This document shows positions 1 to 7,028 of a stretch of DNA of 36,935 nt, one piece after another. The notes beneath the pieces were generated by a model that had not been told where the DNA came from, did no database searches, and was given only the letters and a program-made list of their open reading frames with translations. Location of the stretch: positions 1-36,935 of IMG/VR virus record IMGVR_UViG_3300032135_000029; one strand, 5' to 3'. The first letter of the stretch is position 1; each line of letters starts with the position of its first letter. Made by a program: the position numbers and the translations under genes. Origin of the DNA: a virus. Taxonomy: Duplodnaviria > Caudoviricetes.

Positions 1-50
1 TAAGGGCGCGGGTCAAGGGGGGGTAAAGTCCCCCTCCATAGGTAAAGTCT

Positions 51-359
51 TTACCAAGCCTTGCTCAAGGGGTAAGGATTTGTCCATGTCTCACCTTTGA
101 CGCCGACATTGGCACCCTTCTTGCGGTTACATGTGCCGCACAACACCTGCCAGTCATCAGGGTCTGTTGATGTGACCCCAGACACAGCAAATGGCACGCG
201 TTCATCGGCCTCAGCCGCGTTAGGTGGCCGATTCTTCGATGTGTAGTCAAGCTCTGTGCGGCAGGTCGGGCAGTGCGTGATGCCGGATGCCTGGGCCTGC
301 GCTATGACCGTGCGGCGCATCCGCTTGTGTGCCGTGGTGGCGCTGCGTGGTGTTGCCAT
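51..359 (-). CDS. HNH endonuclease (terminase-associated)
   Basis: CPTC...AAEADERVP...QVLCGTCNRKKG, an HNH-type Zn/beta-beta-alpha pattern (the usual DH reads DE). Last gene before terminase on the circularised genome. Confidence 0.8.
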   Translation of the reverse strand: MATPRSATTAHKRMRRTVIAQAQASGITHCPTCRTELDYTSKNRPPNAAEADERVPFAVSGVTSTDPDDWQVLCGTCNRKKGANVGVKGETWTNPYPLSKAW

Positions 360-472
360 CAGTCACTATCCGGCTGCGTGCCTACCCAGTCGTCATGCTC
401 ACGGGCTAGCACACGCTCACCGGGCTTACATGTGCAGGTGGTGCAGTCGCCTTGTTCGCAACGTTCGCACAT
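359..472 (-). CDS. Small Cys-rich protein (37 aa, MCERCEQGDCTTCTC...)
   Basis: Translated by hand. GAGG RBS; TGATG stop/start overlap with the HNH gene. Confidence 0.55.
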   Translation of the reverse strand: MCERCEQGDCTTCTCKPGERVLAREHDDWVGTQPDSD

Positions 473-479
473 GGCTGCC

Positions 480-584
480 TCACTCGCTTCGAGGTATCAG
501 GATGTCCAGTGGGAGATAAGCCTCTGGGCCATGATCGCCAACCATTCGGGTCTTGCCGGTACAGGACTCACTTGAATCGCACAT
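480..584 (-). CDS. Small protein (34 aa, MCDSSESCTGKTRMVGDHGPEAYLPLDILIPRSE)
   Basis: Translated by hand. GGAGG RBS 5 nt upstream of ATG; fills the gap to the next ORF. Confidence 0.5.
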   Translation of the reverse strand: MCDSSESCTGKTRMVGDHGPEAYLPLDILIPRSE

Positions 585-599
585 GCTCGCCTCCGTGGT

Positions 600-1079
600 G
601 GGTCATCCCGCTACATCGACGCCACTCAGGTTGCCAGGTGGTGACCGTTGGTGCTGGTCCCTTGGTGTGCTGTGGGGTGGGTTGCGATGTGTGGCGGGCT
701 AATCGTGTGTGCACCAACGCCGCGCCCGATGAGATCCACTGAAGGAGTGCGACGATACGTCGCCACATCGGGCCGCGGGTTGGTGGGTGCGGCTTGAACA
801 CTTACGGTCCAAGCGGCAAGAGTGCATGTTGGCGGGCCATGCTCCCGTCCGGTTGATGTCAAGCCGGCCTTGCCGCGGGATAGCCAGGAGCGACCTGGGC
901 CTACCGTCGCGCCCTCAGTGCGCATCGTTGAGAGGCTGAGGGAATGAGAGCGGAAGTATTTGGGCGGCTCATCCGGGCCGGTTCCCTAACGAGGGAAGTC
1001 TTTTTGTGTCCGGGGACAACGATGGCCCCACCTCTAGGAGATGGAGCCATTGCTGATTTCGGACCTAATTGTTTCGTTG
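600..1079 (-). ncRNA. Putative structured leader RNA / ncRNA of the late operon
   Basis: No convincing RBS-led ORF. Consecutive stem-loop and multibranch domains at 1008-1064, 982-997, 912-942, 804-907, 712-785 and 601-646, directly downstream of a strong promoter. Confidence 0.5.
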
Positions 1080-1085
1080 TTATCC

Positions 1086-1114
1086 ATTGTGGACAACAAA
1101 CCGAACGGTGTCAA
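1086..1114 (-). promoter_or_regulatory. SigA-type promoter (probable late promoter)
   Basis: TTGACA (1114-1109), 17 nt spacer, CACAAT (1091-1086) on the - strand. Confidence 0.75.
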
Positions 1115-1132
1115 GAAGTTTTGGGCGTGTCG

Positions 1133-1258
1133 TCAATATCCCTCCCTGGCGATGTGCGGTAGGGGCTTGTTGTGCTTACCGTCGCGGATCTCCTGGGCGA
1201 GGAGCGGGTAGTCCGCGTCCAGCAACTCCCTGGCCTTGGTGGTGTCTAACTTGCTCAT
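1133..1258 (-). CDS. Small hypothetical protein (41 aa, MSKLDTTKARELLDADYPLL...)
   Basis: Translated by hand; ATGA overlap with the stop of the 264-aa gene. Confidence 0.55.
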   Translation of the reverse strand: MSKLDTTKARELLDADYPLLAQEIRDGKHNKPLPHIAREGY

Positions 1259-2049
1259 ACTTCAACCCTTCCCTTGTTTCCTTTTTGCGCCAACTCAAGC
1301 GCCTCTGCGAACCTGAACATGACCAGCGGCTTACCTTCGCCATCGGTCATCTCGACGGCCGGTATCAGCCGGCCCCGTTGAATCCACTTGTGAACTGCTG
1401 CCGTCGAACACTTGATCTCGAGCATCTTGAGCGCCTTCACGATCTCGGGCCGCTTCATTAGTTGCGTCTCTAGCGACTTTTGAAGGTGCTCCCGCCATTG
1501 CCCCATGTCGATATCCGCGGCACACGTGTCACAGGTGGCGGCGACACGTTCGGGCGCCTGCCAGAGCATCCCCTCGCATCCGTCAGTGGTGAAGCACGGA
1601 CCGAGCCATGTGTGCGACGGTGGACGCTCGATCATGTGTGCGGCTTGCGTCTTGAGCTGGTACGCCATGTCGCAGAAGTCGAGCGCTGTCCGATCCTTGG
1701 CCGATGTGAAGTGTCCGTAGCGCTCTGCAATGCCCCGTAGCCGCTCAGGAACGGCCATAGGAGCGATGTAATCGTTCGTCTCGTCCATCAGGGCTAGAGC
1801 ATAGAAACCAGCCCAGTCAGCGACCTCCTTCAGCAGGTCACTCGCGGCGATGGACATGGGCGGCTTGGATGCTGGTGCCGACCGTGTGCCACCCTGACCG
1901 GTTCGTCGCGGCTCAAGGTAGTCATGCAGCAACGGCCACGCATCGGCCAGTGCGTTCCAGTTCGCCTTGGCACATTCGCCGCAGACTTCACGGTTGCGGC
2001 CAGTGATGCGACCGTGAGCGCACAGTGGGCCGTCGTCGGGGTTATTCAT
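1255..2049 (-). CDS. Zn-ribbon plus C-terminal HTH DNA-binding protein, candidate late-gene regulator
   Basis: GPC-x4-C...CDTC Zn motif and C-terminal HTH-like STAAVHKWIQRGRL. Lies at the end of the early operon just upstream of the putative late promoter. Confidence 0.65.
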   Translation of the reverse strand: MNNPDDGPLCAHGRITGRNREVCGECAKANWNALADAWPLLHDYLEPRRTGQGGTRSAPASKPPMSIAASDLLKEVADWAGFYALALMDETNDYIAPMAVPERLRGIAERYGHFTSAKDRTALDFCDMAYQLKTQAAHMIERPPSHTWLGPCFTTDGCEGMLWQAPERVAATCDTCAADIDMGQWREHLQKSLETQLMKRPEIVKALKMLEIKCSTAAVHKWIQRGRLIPAVEMTDGEGKPLVMFRFAEALELAQKGNKGRVEV

Positions 2050-2186
2050 GCCTGCTCCTCAGCTAGGTCGTTGTGTCCGCATGGGGTGGTGCCTAGTGCG
2101 TATTCATCGGGGTTGCCGTCGAAGCAGCAGTGGCCGTCGTGGGGTAACGGCGGGATCGAGGCCCAGCACTTGCATGACTCACTCAT
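2046..2186 (-). CDS. Small Cys/His-rich hypothetical protein (46 aa)
   Basis: Translated by hand (MSESCKCWASIPPLPHDGHCCFDG...); overlaps both neighbours as in a coupled operon. Confidence 0.55.
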   Translation of the reverse strand: MSESCKCWASIPPLPHDGHCCFDGNPDEYALGTTPCGHNDLAEEQA

Positions 2187-2526
2187 CCCCAGCCCCCTCG
2201 TTGTGTGCGCCGTCGCGGATTACCACGGCTGATGCGTCGTGGAACGCGGCAACGGCCTGGGCGTGCAGTACGGCGTCACCGTGCGCCCGTGATGCAAGCA
2301 GTCGTTCGGCCTCTTTGGTGAATGCGTGCGAACGTTCCTCGTGCCACTTCGCAATCGCCTCACGTTCCAGGGTGACGGCATGGGCGGTGTCTTGGCCGTT
2401 GAACAGGCTCCCCACATATGCCCACGTCGGCGGGTTCTGTGGGTCGTAGTCGAGTTCCACGATGAACCGGTTGCGAATGTCATCCCGAGCAATCCCGATT
2501 GGCGCGAACTCGTAGTGCCCGCTCAT
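2179..2526 (-). CDS. Hypothetical protein
   Basis: Start at MSGHYEF; TGATG overlap with the upstream gene. Confidence 0.65.
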   Translation of the reverse strand: MSGHYEFAPIGIARDDIRNRFIVELDYDPQNPPTWAYVGSLFNGQDTAHAVTLEREAIAKWHEERSHAFTKEAERLLASRAHGDAVLHAQAVAAFHDASAVVIRDGAHNEGAGDE

Positions 2527-2819
2527 CACGCCACCACCAATCCAGCGTCGCGGGCGAGTTGGTGGATGGCTTTCGATGGAACGCAAGCCTCATCGTCAGC
2601 CAACGCCAGCACAGCGGCGGCGAACTTGGCGAGGGCTGGCAGGTCGGTGCGAGCGTTGGCGATGAAGGCGGCGTCGGGAATCTCCATCGCTCCATGGGTG
2701 TCGTCTCCGATGATGACGCCCTGGAGCATGTCGTAGACCCGCTCGTAACCCCACGGCCCCTCAGTAGCGGCCTCGCAGTAGCCGATCACGGCTAGCGGGT
2801 CAATCGGTTGTGCGGTCAT
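2526..2819 (-). CDS. Hypothetical phage protein (AATEGPW...DAAFIANAR motif, Ead/Ea22-like)
   Basis: Common phage motif ATxGPW...DAxFIAxAR; GGAG RBS; ATGA overlap. Confidence 0.7.
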   Translation of the reverse strand: MTAQPIDPLAVIGYCEAATEGPWGYERVYDMLQGVIIGDDTHGAMEIPDAAFIANARTDLPALAKFAAAVLALADDEACVPSKAIHQLARDAGLVVA

Positions 2820-3001
2820 GATGTGGCTCCCTTGGTGAGTTTGCGGTTGAGCCAGTCCACGAGTGCGGGCAGGCGAAGTGCGTCCACGAACGCGGCATAT
2901 AGCGAGAACATGGCCCCGGACGCTCGGGCAAGGTCGCTCTGGACCGACTCGCGCGCCACTTGTGACCCGATGAAGTAGCGGGACAGGTTTCGGTAGGTCA
3001 T
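2816..3001 (-). CDS. Hypothetical protein
   Basis: AGGAG RBS; ATGA overlaps at both ends. Confidence 0.65.
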   Translation of the reverse strand: MTYRNLSRYFIGSQVARESVQSDLARASGAMFSLYAAFVDALRLPALVDWLNRKLTKGATS

Positions 3002-3258
3002 GATGTGGCTCCTAGTCCCAGTGCCTGCCTAATTTCGTAGACAGAGGCGTCTTCCTCGGGGGTAGTGCCTGGGGGATTTGAGCCAGCGCCCCAAGCAATC
3101 AGGTTCGCCACACGCTGTTGCTCCACTAGGGCGAGGGTTGCGTGGACTTGGGCGGTTACTGCGACCGACGTCCAGAACTCATCCGTGCGGTCTGCTGTCC
3201 ACGGCGTTTCGTAGAGAATCCTGTGCGCCTCTGCTACGTGGTCGATTCGTTCGGTCAT
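2998..3258 (-). CDS. Hypothetical protein
   Basis: ATGA overlaps; contains AQVHATLALVEQQRVANLIA, a motif seen in actinophage small proteins. Confidence 0.7.
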   Translation of the reverse strand: MTERIDHVAEAHRILYETPWTADRTDEFWTSVAVTAQVHATLALVEQQRVANLIAWGAGSNPPGTTPEEDASVYEIRQALGLGATS

Positions 3259-3545
3259 GATTCAATCCCTCGTTTCATTCGTTCGTTGGCTTCTTTGCGT
3301 AGTGCGTATTTGCGTCGGCGTTCGGCGCCCTCGGTGGCTTCGATCTCGGACTTGTGTTGCGCCTCGGTCATCACGTCGGAGCTGGGGTGCCTGCCGACGA
3401 TGACCCATCCCTTGGGCAGTCCGGCGATCTTGCGGCGCTTGACGATGGCGGTCGAGGTGAACGGCTTGTGCATGACCGTCTCGATGCCGTGGATGGGCTT
3501 GACGCGGGGTTCACATGGGCAAGTAGGACCGCTGGTGTGGGTCAT
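3255..3545 (-). CDS. Hypothetical protein
   Basis: Start at MTHTSGPTCPCEP after GAGG RBS; ATGA overlaps. Confidence 0.6.
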   Translation of the reverse strand: MTHTSGPTCPCEPRVKPIHGIETVMHKPFTSTAIVKRRKIAGLPKGWVIVGRHPSSDVMTEAQHKSEIEATEGAERRRKYALRKEANERMKRGIES

Positions 3546-4285
3546 GATTCGACCTCGTCGTCTAGGTCGTGGCGGCATGGCTTGCCACCTGGCGTGTATC
3601 CCTTGGCGTTGCAGAAGTTGCAGGCCGTGATTGCTGCATGGGCTACCCGTGCGCGCTTCTTGGCCTCGGTTGACCGCTGGTCACGCTTGGCCGTGATCTG
3701 GTCAGCCTCGGCTTGCTTGCGAGCCGTGCCGCAGGCGCGGCAAGCGTCGTCGGGATCGTGAGCCTTGCCACATGGCTGAATGTCGGGGGCGTTGTTTCCG
3801 GTGTCCTGCTTAGGTGACTTACCCCCCCCAACTTGACCCGTTTCTTTAAGGGGACGGGACGGGACGGGACGGGACGGGACGGGGTAGTGTGACGTATCCG
3901 CTACTAACGCGTTACTAACGCCACCGTTATCGCGTGACTCGTCTGTTTCCGTGCGGGACTTACGCCACCTCTCCTGCCTGGCGCGAGCCTGATCCCGCTT
4001 CAATTCGTTTTCAACTCGGGACGGGTTGTAGTCCAAATACCCATGGATCACCCACGAGTCGGGTGTGACCTCGTGCCAAAGTCCGGCCTCGACGAGCGAT
4101 GGGACGTACTTTCGGAGACGTTCGCCGTGCTGCATGTCGGCGATGTCGTCCTCTGTGACCAGCCCGTCAGTCTCGTCTTTTGCGCACGCCAGCAGGGCCG
4201 TGTCGTGCAGTCGATAGGGGCCATCTCCGAGCCGTCTTATCTTGCGGTGCTCGGCGTACCTGTCGTCTTTCTTGAGCCAGCCCAT
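3542..4285 (-). CDS. Putative replication initiator protein
   Basis: N-terminal WLKKDD...winged-helix-like region (LVEAGLW...WVIHGYLDYNPS), a basic helix, a PVPSR repeat linker and C-terminal Cys clusters. Follows SSB and RusA. Confidence 0.6.
   Translation of the reverse strand: MGWLKKDDRYAEHRKIRRLGDGPYRLHDTALLACAKDETDGLVTEDDIADMQHGERLRKYVPSLVEAGLWHEVTPDSWVIHGYLDYNPSRVENELKRDQARARQERWRKSRTETDESRDNGGVSNALVADTSHYPVPSRPVPSRPLKETGQVGGGKSPKQDTGNNAPDIQPCGKAHDPDDACRACGTARKQAEADQITAKRDQRSTEAKKRARVAHAAITACNFCNAKGYTPGGKPCRHDLDDEVES
3851..3880 (+). repeat. (GGGAC)6 tandem repeat inside the replication gene
   Basis: Six perfect GGGAC units followed by GGGG; encodes PVPSRPVPSRP on the - strand. Confidence 0.95.
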
Positions 4286-4695
4286 TAGGTCACCTCCTCA
4301 ATCTCTAGTCGTGCTGTTTCGATGTGTGCCCAGATGGTCACGTCGCGGCTCCCCTTGAGTGGTTCGACGCGTCCGGCGATGCTGGTGCGCAACACGATCC
4401 GGTCGTTGTCGTCAGGGATCACGCCAGCGTCAACGAGGCCGTCGAGATACCCCTTCACCTCGAAGTTGTGGGAGTCCCTGACGATGTTGTTGGGCCACTG
4501 GAAGGTGAAGTCGATGACGCATGGCGTCTCGACGGGACCGACTGCCGCAGCAAGTGCCGCGACCGCCTCGCGCATCTTCTTGCGCCTGCCCGCCAGTGCA
4601 AACCGCGACGTGTGCCGGTTGGGGTTTGGCACCGACGCGATGGGCACAGTGATACGTAACGTCGCGGCCTTCGCTGATGCTCGGTTGCGGGTCAC
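4285..4695 (-). CDS. rusA: RusA-like Holliday junction resolvase
   Basis: RDSHN...KGYLDGLVDAGVIPDDN catalytic Asp pattern; GTG start overlapping the upstream stop. Confidence 0.8.
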   Translation of the reverse strand: MTRNRASAKAATLRITVPIASVPNPNRHTSRFALAGRRKKMREAVAALAAAVGPVETPCVIDFTFQWPNNIVRDSHNFEVKGYLDGLVDAGVIPDDNDRIVLRTSIAGRVEPLKGSRDVTIWAHIETARLEIEEVT

Positions 4696-4841
4696 TTGCG
4701 CACCTCGCACCTGATGCAGATGCCACCGTCGATGAACCGTGACGCCCTGCCGCAGATGTCGCAGTGGCGAGTGTGCGACGGGTGCAGTTGCCCGCACTTT
4801 TCGCACATGATTATTGGGATGCCTGTTGGTGTAGTGGTCAT
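4692..4841 (-). CDS. Small Zn-finger protein (49 aa, three CxxC pairs)
   Basis: Translated by hand: CEKC, CDIC, CIRC. Fills the gap between ssb and rusA with a GTGA overlap. Confidence 0.6.
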   Translation of the reverse strand: MTTTPTGIPIIMCEKCGQLHPSHTRHCDICGRASRFIDGGICIRCEVRK

Positions 4842-4843
4842 GG

Positions 4844-5284
4844 TCAGAACGGCGGCTCATCCTGAACCGGCGCCGAAGCCCACGGGTCGCTGGCGGGGGC
4901 GCTGGAAACCTGCGTGTTTGCGTTACGTACCGTTTTGGAAACCTTGGCGGTGGCATATCGGAGCGATGGGCCGATCTCGTCAACCTGCATCTCGGTTGCC
5001 GTGCGCTTCTGTCCGTCCTGCTCCCATGAACGGGACACGAGCTTGCCGGTGACGATGACGCGCATCCCCTTGGTCAAGGATTCGGCCACCGACTCGGCCT
5101 GTTCGCGCCACAGTGAGCAGCGCATGTAAAGAGTCTCGGAGTCCTTCCATTCGTTGGCCTGCTTGTCGAATGTGCGGGGCGTGCTGGCTACCGTGAAGTT
5201 GGCTACTGCCGCGCCGGATGAGATGAAGCGCAACTCCGGGTCCGCGGTTAGTCCGCCTACTACGGTGATGATGGTGTCGGTCAT
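4844..5284 (-). CDS. ssb: Single-stranded DNA-binding protein
   Basis: [15 protein letters not shown]...[14 protein letters not shown]...[10 protein letters not shown] and acidic tail DEPPF, typical actinobacterial SSB. Confidence 0.97.
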   Translation of the reverse strand: MTDTIITVVGGLTADPELRFISSGAAVANFTVASTPRTFDKQANEWKDSETLYMRCSLWREQAESVAESLTKGMRVIVTGKLVSRSWEQDGQKRTATEMQVDEIGPSLRYATAKVSKTVRNANTQVSSAPASDPWASAPVQDEPPF

Positions 5285-5427
5285 TTCTTGTTCCTCCGTG
5301 TGGTGTTGTTGTCGATGCCAAAGTTTTTGAGCGTTCGTGCGCGGTCGTATTTGATGCGCGCAAGTTCGGGGCAGGCGGGTGCGTGGCGACCCTTGAGGGC
5401 GCGGCAGATGGGGCAGCGGTCGGTCAT
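5281..5427 (-). CDS. Small Zn-binding hypothetical protein
   Basis: CPIC...H...C; AAGGA RBS; ATGA overlaps. Confidence 0.6.
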   Translation of the reverse strand: MTDRCPICRALKGRHAPACPELARIKYDRARTLKNFGIDNNTTRRNKK

Positions 5428-5672
5428 GCGGCTTTCCTTTTCTTCGTGTCGTGGAATCCGGCGCATGTTCCGCAGCGTCCGTCCCAGGTCTGTGTGCCGC
5501 ATGATGTGCAGCGGCTAACGTGTGCGTCGGCGCGTGCCAGCGATTCGAGGATCTGACGTGTGGCCCACGACACCGGCTTGGTTCGCCAGTCGCGGACGGT
5601 GCGTGCCTGGTTGCGCGTATTGCCCATGCCGACGTAGAGCTCGTCAAGTTCGGCGGTCGTCGGGGCGGTCAT
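5424..5672 (-). CDS. Hypothetical protein with C-terminal CxxC-CxxC
   Basis: CTSC...CGTC; coupled to both neighbours. Confidence 0.6.
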   Translation of the reverse strand: MTAPTTAELDELYVGMGNTRNQARTVRDWRTKPVSWATRQILESLARADAHVSRCTSCGTQTWDGRCGTCAGFHDTKKRKAA

Positions 5673-6061
5673 CACAGCGCCGCCATGTCGAGGTCGCCGT
5701 TTTCGCGGCGCTCGTACCACCGGTAAAGGTTTCGGACAGACATGCCAACATTGCGGGCGGCGTTCTCGATCGACAGGCCCCGGTCAATCGCCGCGAGACC
5801 CTTGAGCGCCATCTTGGATGGCATGTTGGGCATGTTGACGCCGCGAATCCGAAGCAACGTTTTGCGCTCACGTGGCGTCAATCCACCGAGTACGCCATGA
5901 GCCTCACGTGTGGACAGTGCCCACTCGAGGCACTTGGCGCGGACGGGGCACTCGGTGTTGCAGACCACCTTGGCCTTCTCTTGGAGGCTCGGCTTCTCGT
6001 GGAAGAACATTTCTGGGTCGTGTTGCAGGCACGCGCTGTAGTTCATCCATTCGTTGCTCAT
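5672..6061 (-). CDS. whiB: WhiB-family transcription factor with C-terminal HTH
   Basis: Four Cys (AC...C-x3-CPV-x3-C) and GVLGGLT motif, followed by SIENAARNVGMSVRNLYRW. Confidence 0.93.
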   Translation of the reverse strand: MSNEWMNYSACLQHDPEMFFHEKPSLQEKAKVVCNTECPVRAKCLEWALSTREAHGVLGGLTPRERKTLLRIRGVNMPNMPSKMALKGLAAIDRGLSIENAARNVGMSVRNLYRWYERRENGDLDMAAL

Positions 6062-6294
6062 GATTCGGTTCCCCATCCGCTTAGTCCCGCCAACGGGTCA
6101 AGGAATTCGAGGTCCGGTCGCATTGCCTTGACCGCAACGTCGATGCCGCAGTAGTCCGACGAAACGGAGGCGAATTCGGTCCCACACCCCTGCCCGACCA
6201 TGTGCGCCATCTCGTGCGCGATCTCGCTCGGGTCAGCATTCTTGTTGCACTTCCCGCATCGTGAATCGTTTCGGTTGATAAATAGAGTGGTCAT
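6058..6294 (-). CDS. Hypothetical Cys/His-containing protein
   Basis: AAGGA RBS; ATGA overlaps. Confidence 0.6.
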   Translation of the reverse strand: MTTLFINRNDSRCGKCNKNADPSEIAHEMAHMVGQGCGTEFASVSSDYCGIDVAVKAMRPDLEFLDPLAGLSGWGTES

Positions 6295-6533
6295 CGCTCA
6301 TTCCTTTCATCGCAAATGCAGTTCTGTGGGGGGAGGTTGCATGTCGTGCAGTAGCCGGACGTGCACCAGGTTTCGTGTTCGCCGTCGCCGTGGCAGTAGT
6401 CGCATGGTTCGGGCCAGATTTCGCGGGCTTCCATTGCGCGGATGAGGATGCCGGCTGGGATTGCCAGTTCGCCGCCGTCCGTGTATCCGTAGAGCTCGCG
6501 GGCCAGGTCGGTTGCTGCTGGATTGGCGGTCAT
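6291..6533 (-). CDS. Hypothetical protein with Cys-rich C-terminus
   Basis: GGAG RBS, start MTANPAA; CDYC, CTTC and CIC clusters. Confidence 0.6.
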   Translation of the reverse strand: MTANPAATDLARELYGYTDGGELAIPAGILIRAMEAREIWPEPCDYCHGDGEHETWCTSGYCTTCNLPPQNCICDERNER

Positions 6534-6565
6534 GGGGTCATCTCCAAACTTTCTTTCGTTTCGGG

Positions 6566-6608
6566 TTGACGGTATATACCAACGTGTGTAAGGTGGTGTA
6601 TACCAACG
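6566..6608 (+). promoter_or_regulatory. Promoter with two operator repeats
   Basis: TTGACG (6566-6571), 17 nt, TAAGGT (6589-6594). Repeats GGTATATACCAACG (6571-6584) and GGTGTATACCAACG (6595-6608), each with a GGTRTATACC palindromic or near-palindromic core. Confidence 0.75.
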
Positions 6609-6625
6609 AGGGAAGGAACCCCACA

Positions 6626-6871
6626 ATGAGCACCACACGAATCGACACCCCGACCGTCACCATCGAGTGCGGATGCAAGCACTGCGCCGAGTACGCCGAC
6701 CGCGAGAGCCTCGCGCTCCCGCTCCGTGCCGAGGTCAACGAGAAGATGATCGCCGCGACTGGCACTAAGCCCGCCGTGCGTCACCGTCTCGTGCAACTCG
6801 CGCACCAGCCAGTCGGCGGCGCGAGCAACGTTCAGGCCGCAACCTATGGCCCCTGGGTTGCCAATGTCTGA
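6626..6871 (+). CDS. Hypothetical 81-aa protein with CxCxxC motif
   Basis: GGAAGGA RBS, own promoter, overlaps the start of the RHH gene. Confidence 0.75.
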   Translation: MSTTRIDTPTVTIECGCKHCAEYADRESLALPLRAEVNEKMIAATGTKPAVRHRLVQLAHQPVGGASNVQAATYGPWVANV

Positions 6872-7028
6872 GCGAGTCGACAACCGCGACAAGGTGCGGA
6901 CGTTTCGCATTCCTGAGTCCGAGTGGCAGGCCGCACTTGAGGTCGCCAAGTCGCGCGATGAGGCACTGTCGCAAGTGATGCGCGATGCGTTGCGTCGGTA
7001 TGTCACGCGACACGCTCCGAAGATGTGA
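6864..7028 (+). CDS. Ribbon-helix-helix DNA-binding protein
   Basis: VRTFRIP strand, ESEWQAALEVAKSR helix, LSQVMRDALRRYV helix (CopG/Arc-like pattern). Confidence 0.8.
   Translation: MSERVDNRDKVRTFRIPESEWQAALEVAKSRDEALSQVMRDALRRYVTRHAPKM

Noticed and set aside
700-910. Known ribozyme, riboswitch or tRNA in the leader region
   Set aside because: No hammerhead CTGATGA/GAAA core, no T-loop/CCA cloverleaf and no riboswitch consensus I can recognise by eye.
568-925. ORFs 568-801 and 626-925 on the - strand as genes
   Set aside because: No clear RBS, low-complexity Pro/Arg/Thr/His translations, and they run across strongly base-paired domains. Not excluded, but unsupported.
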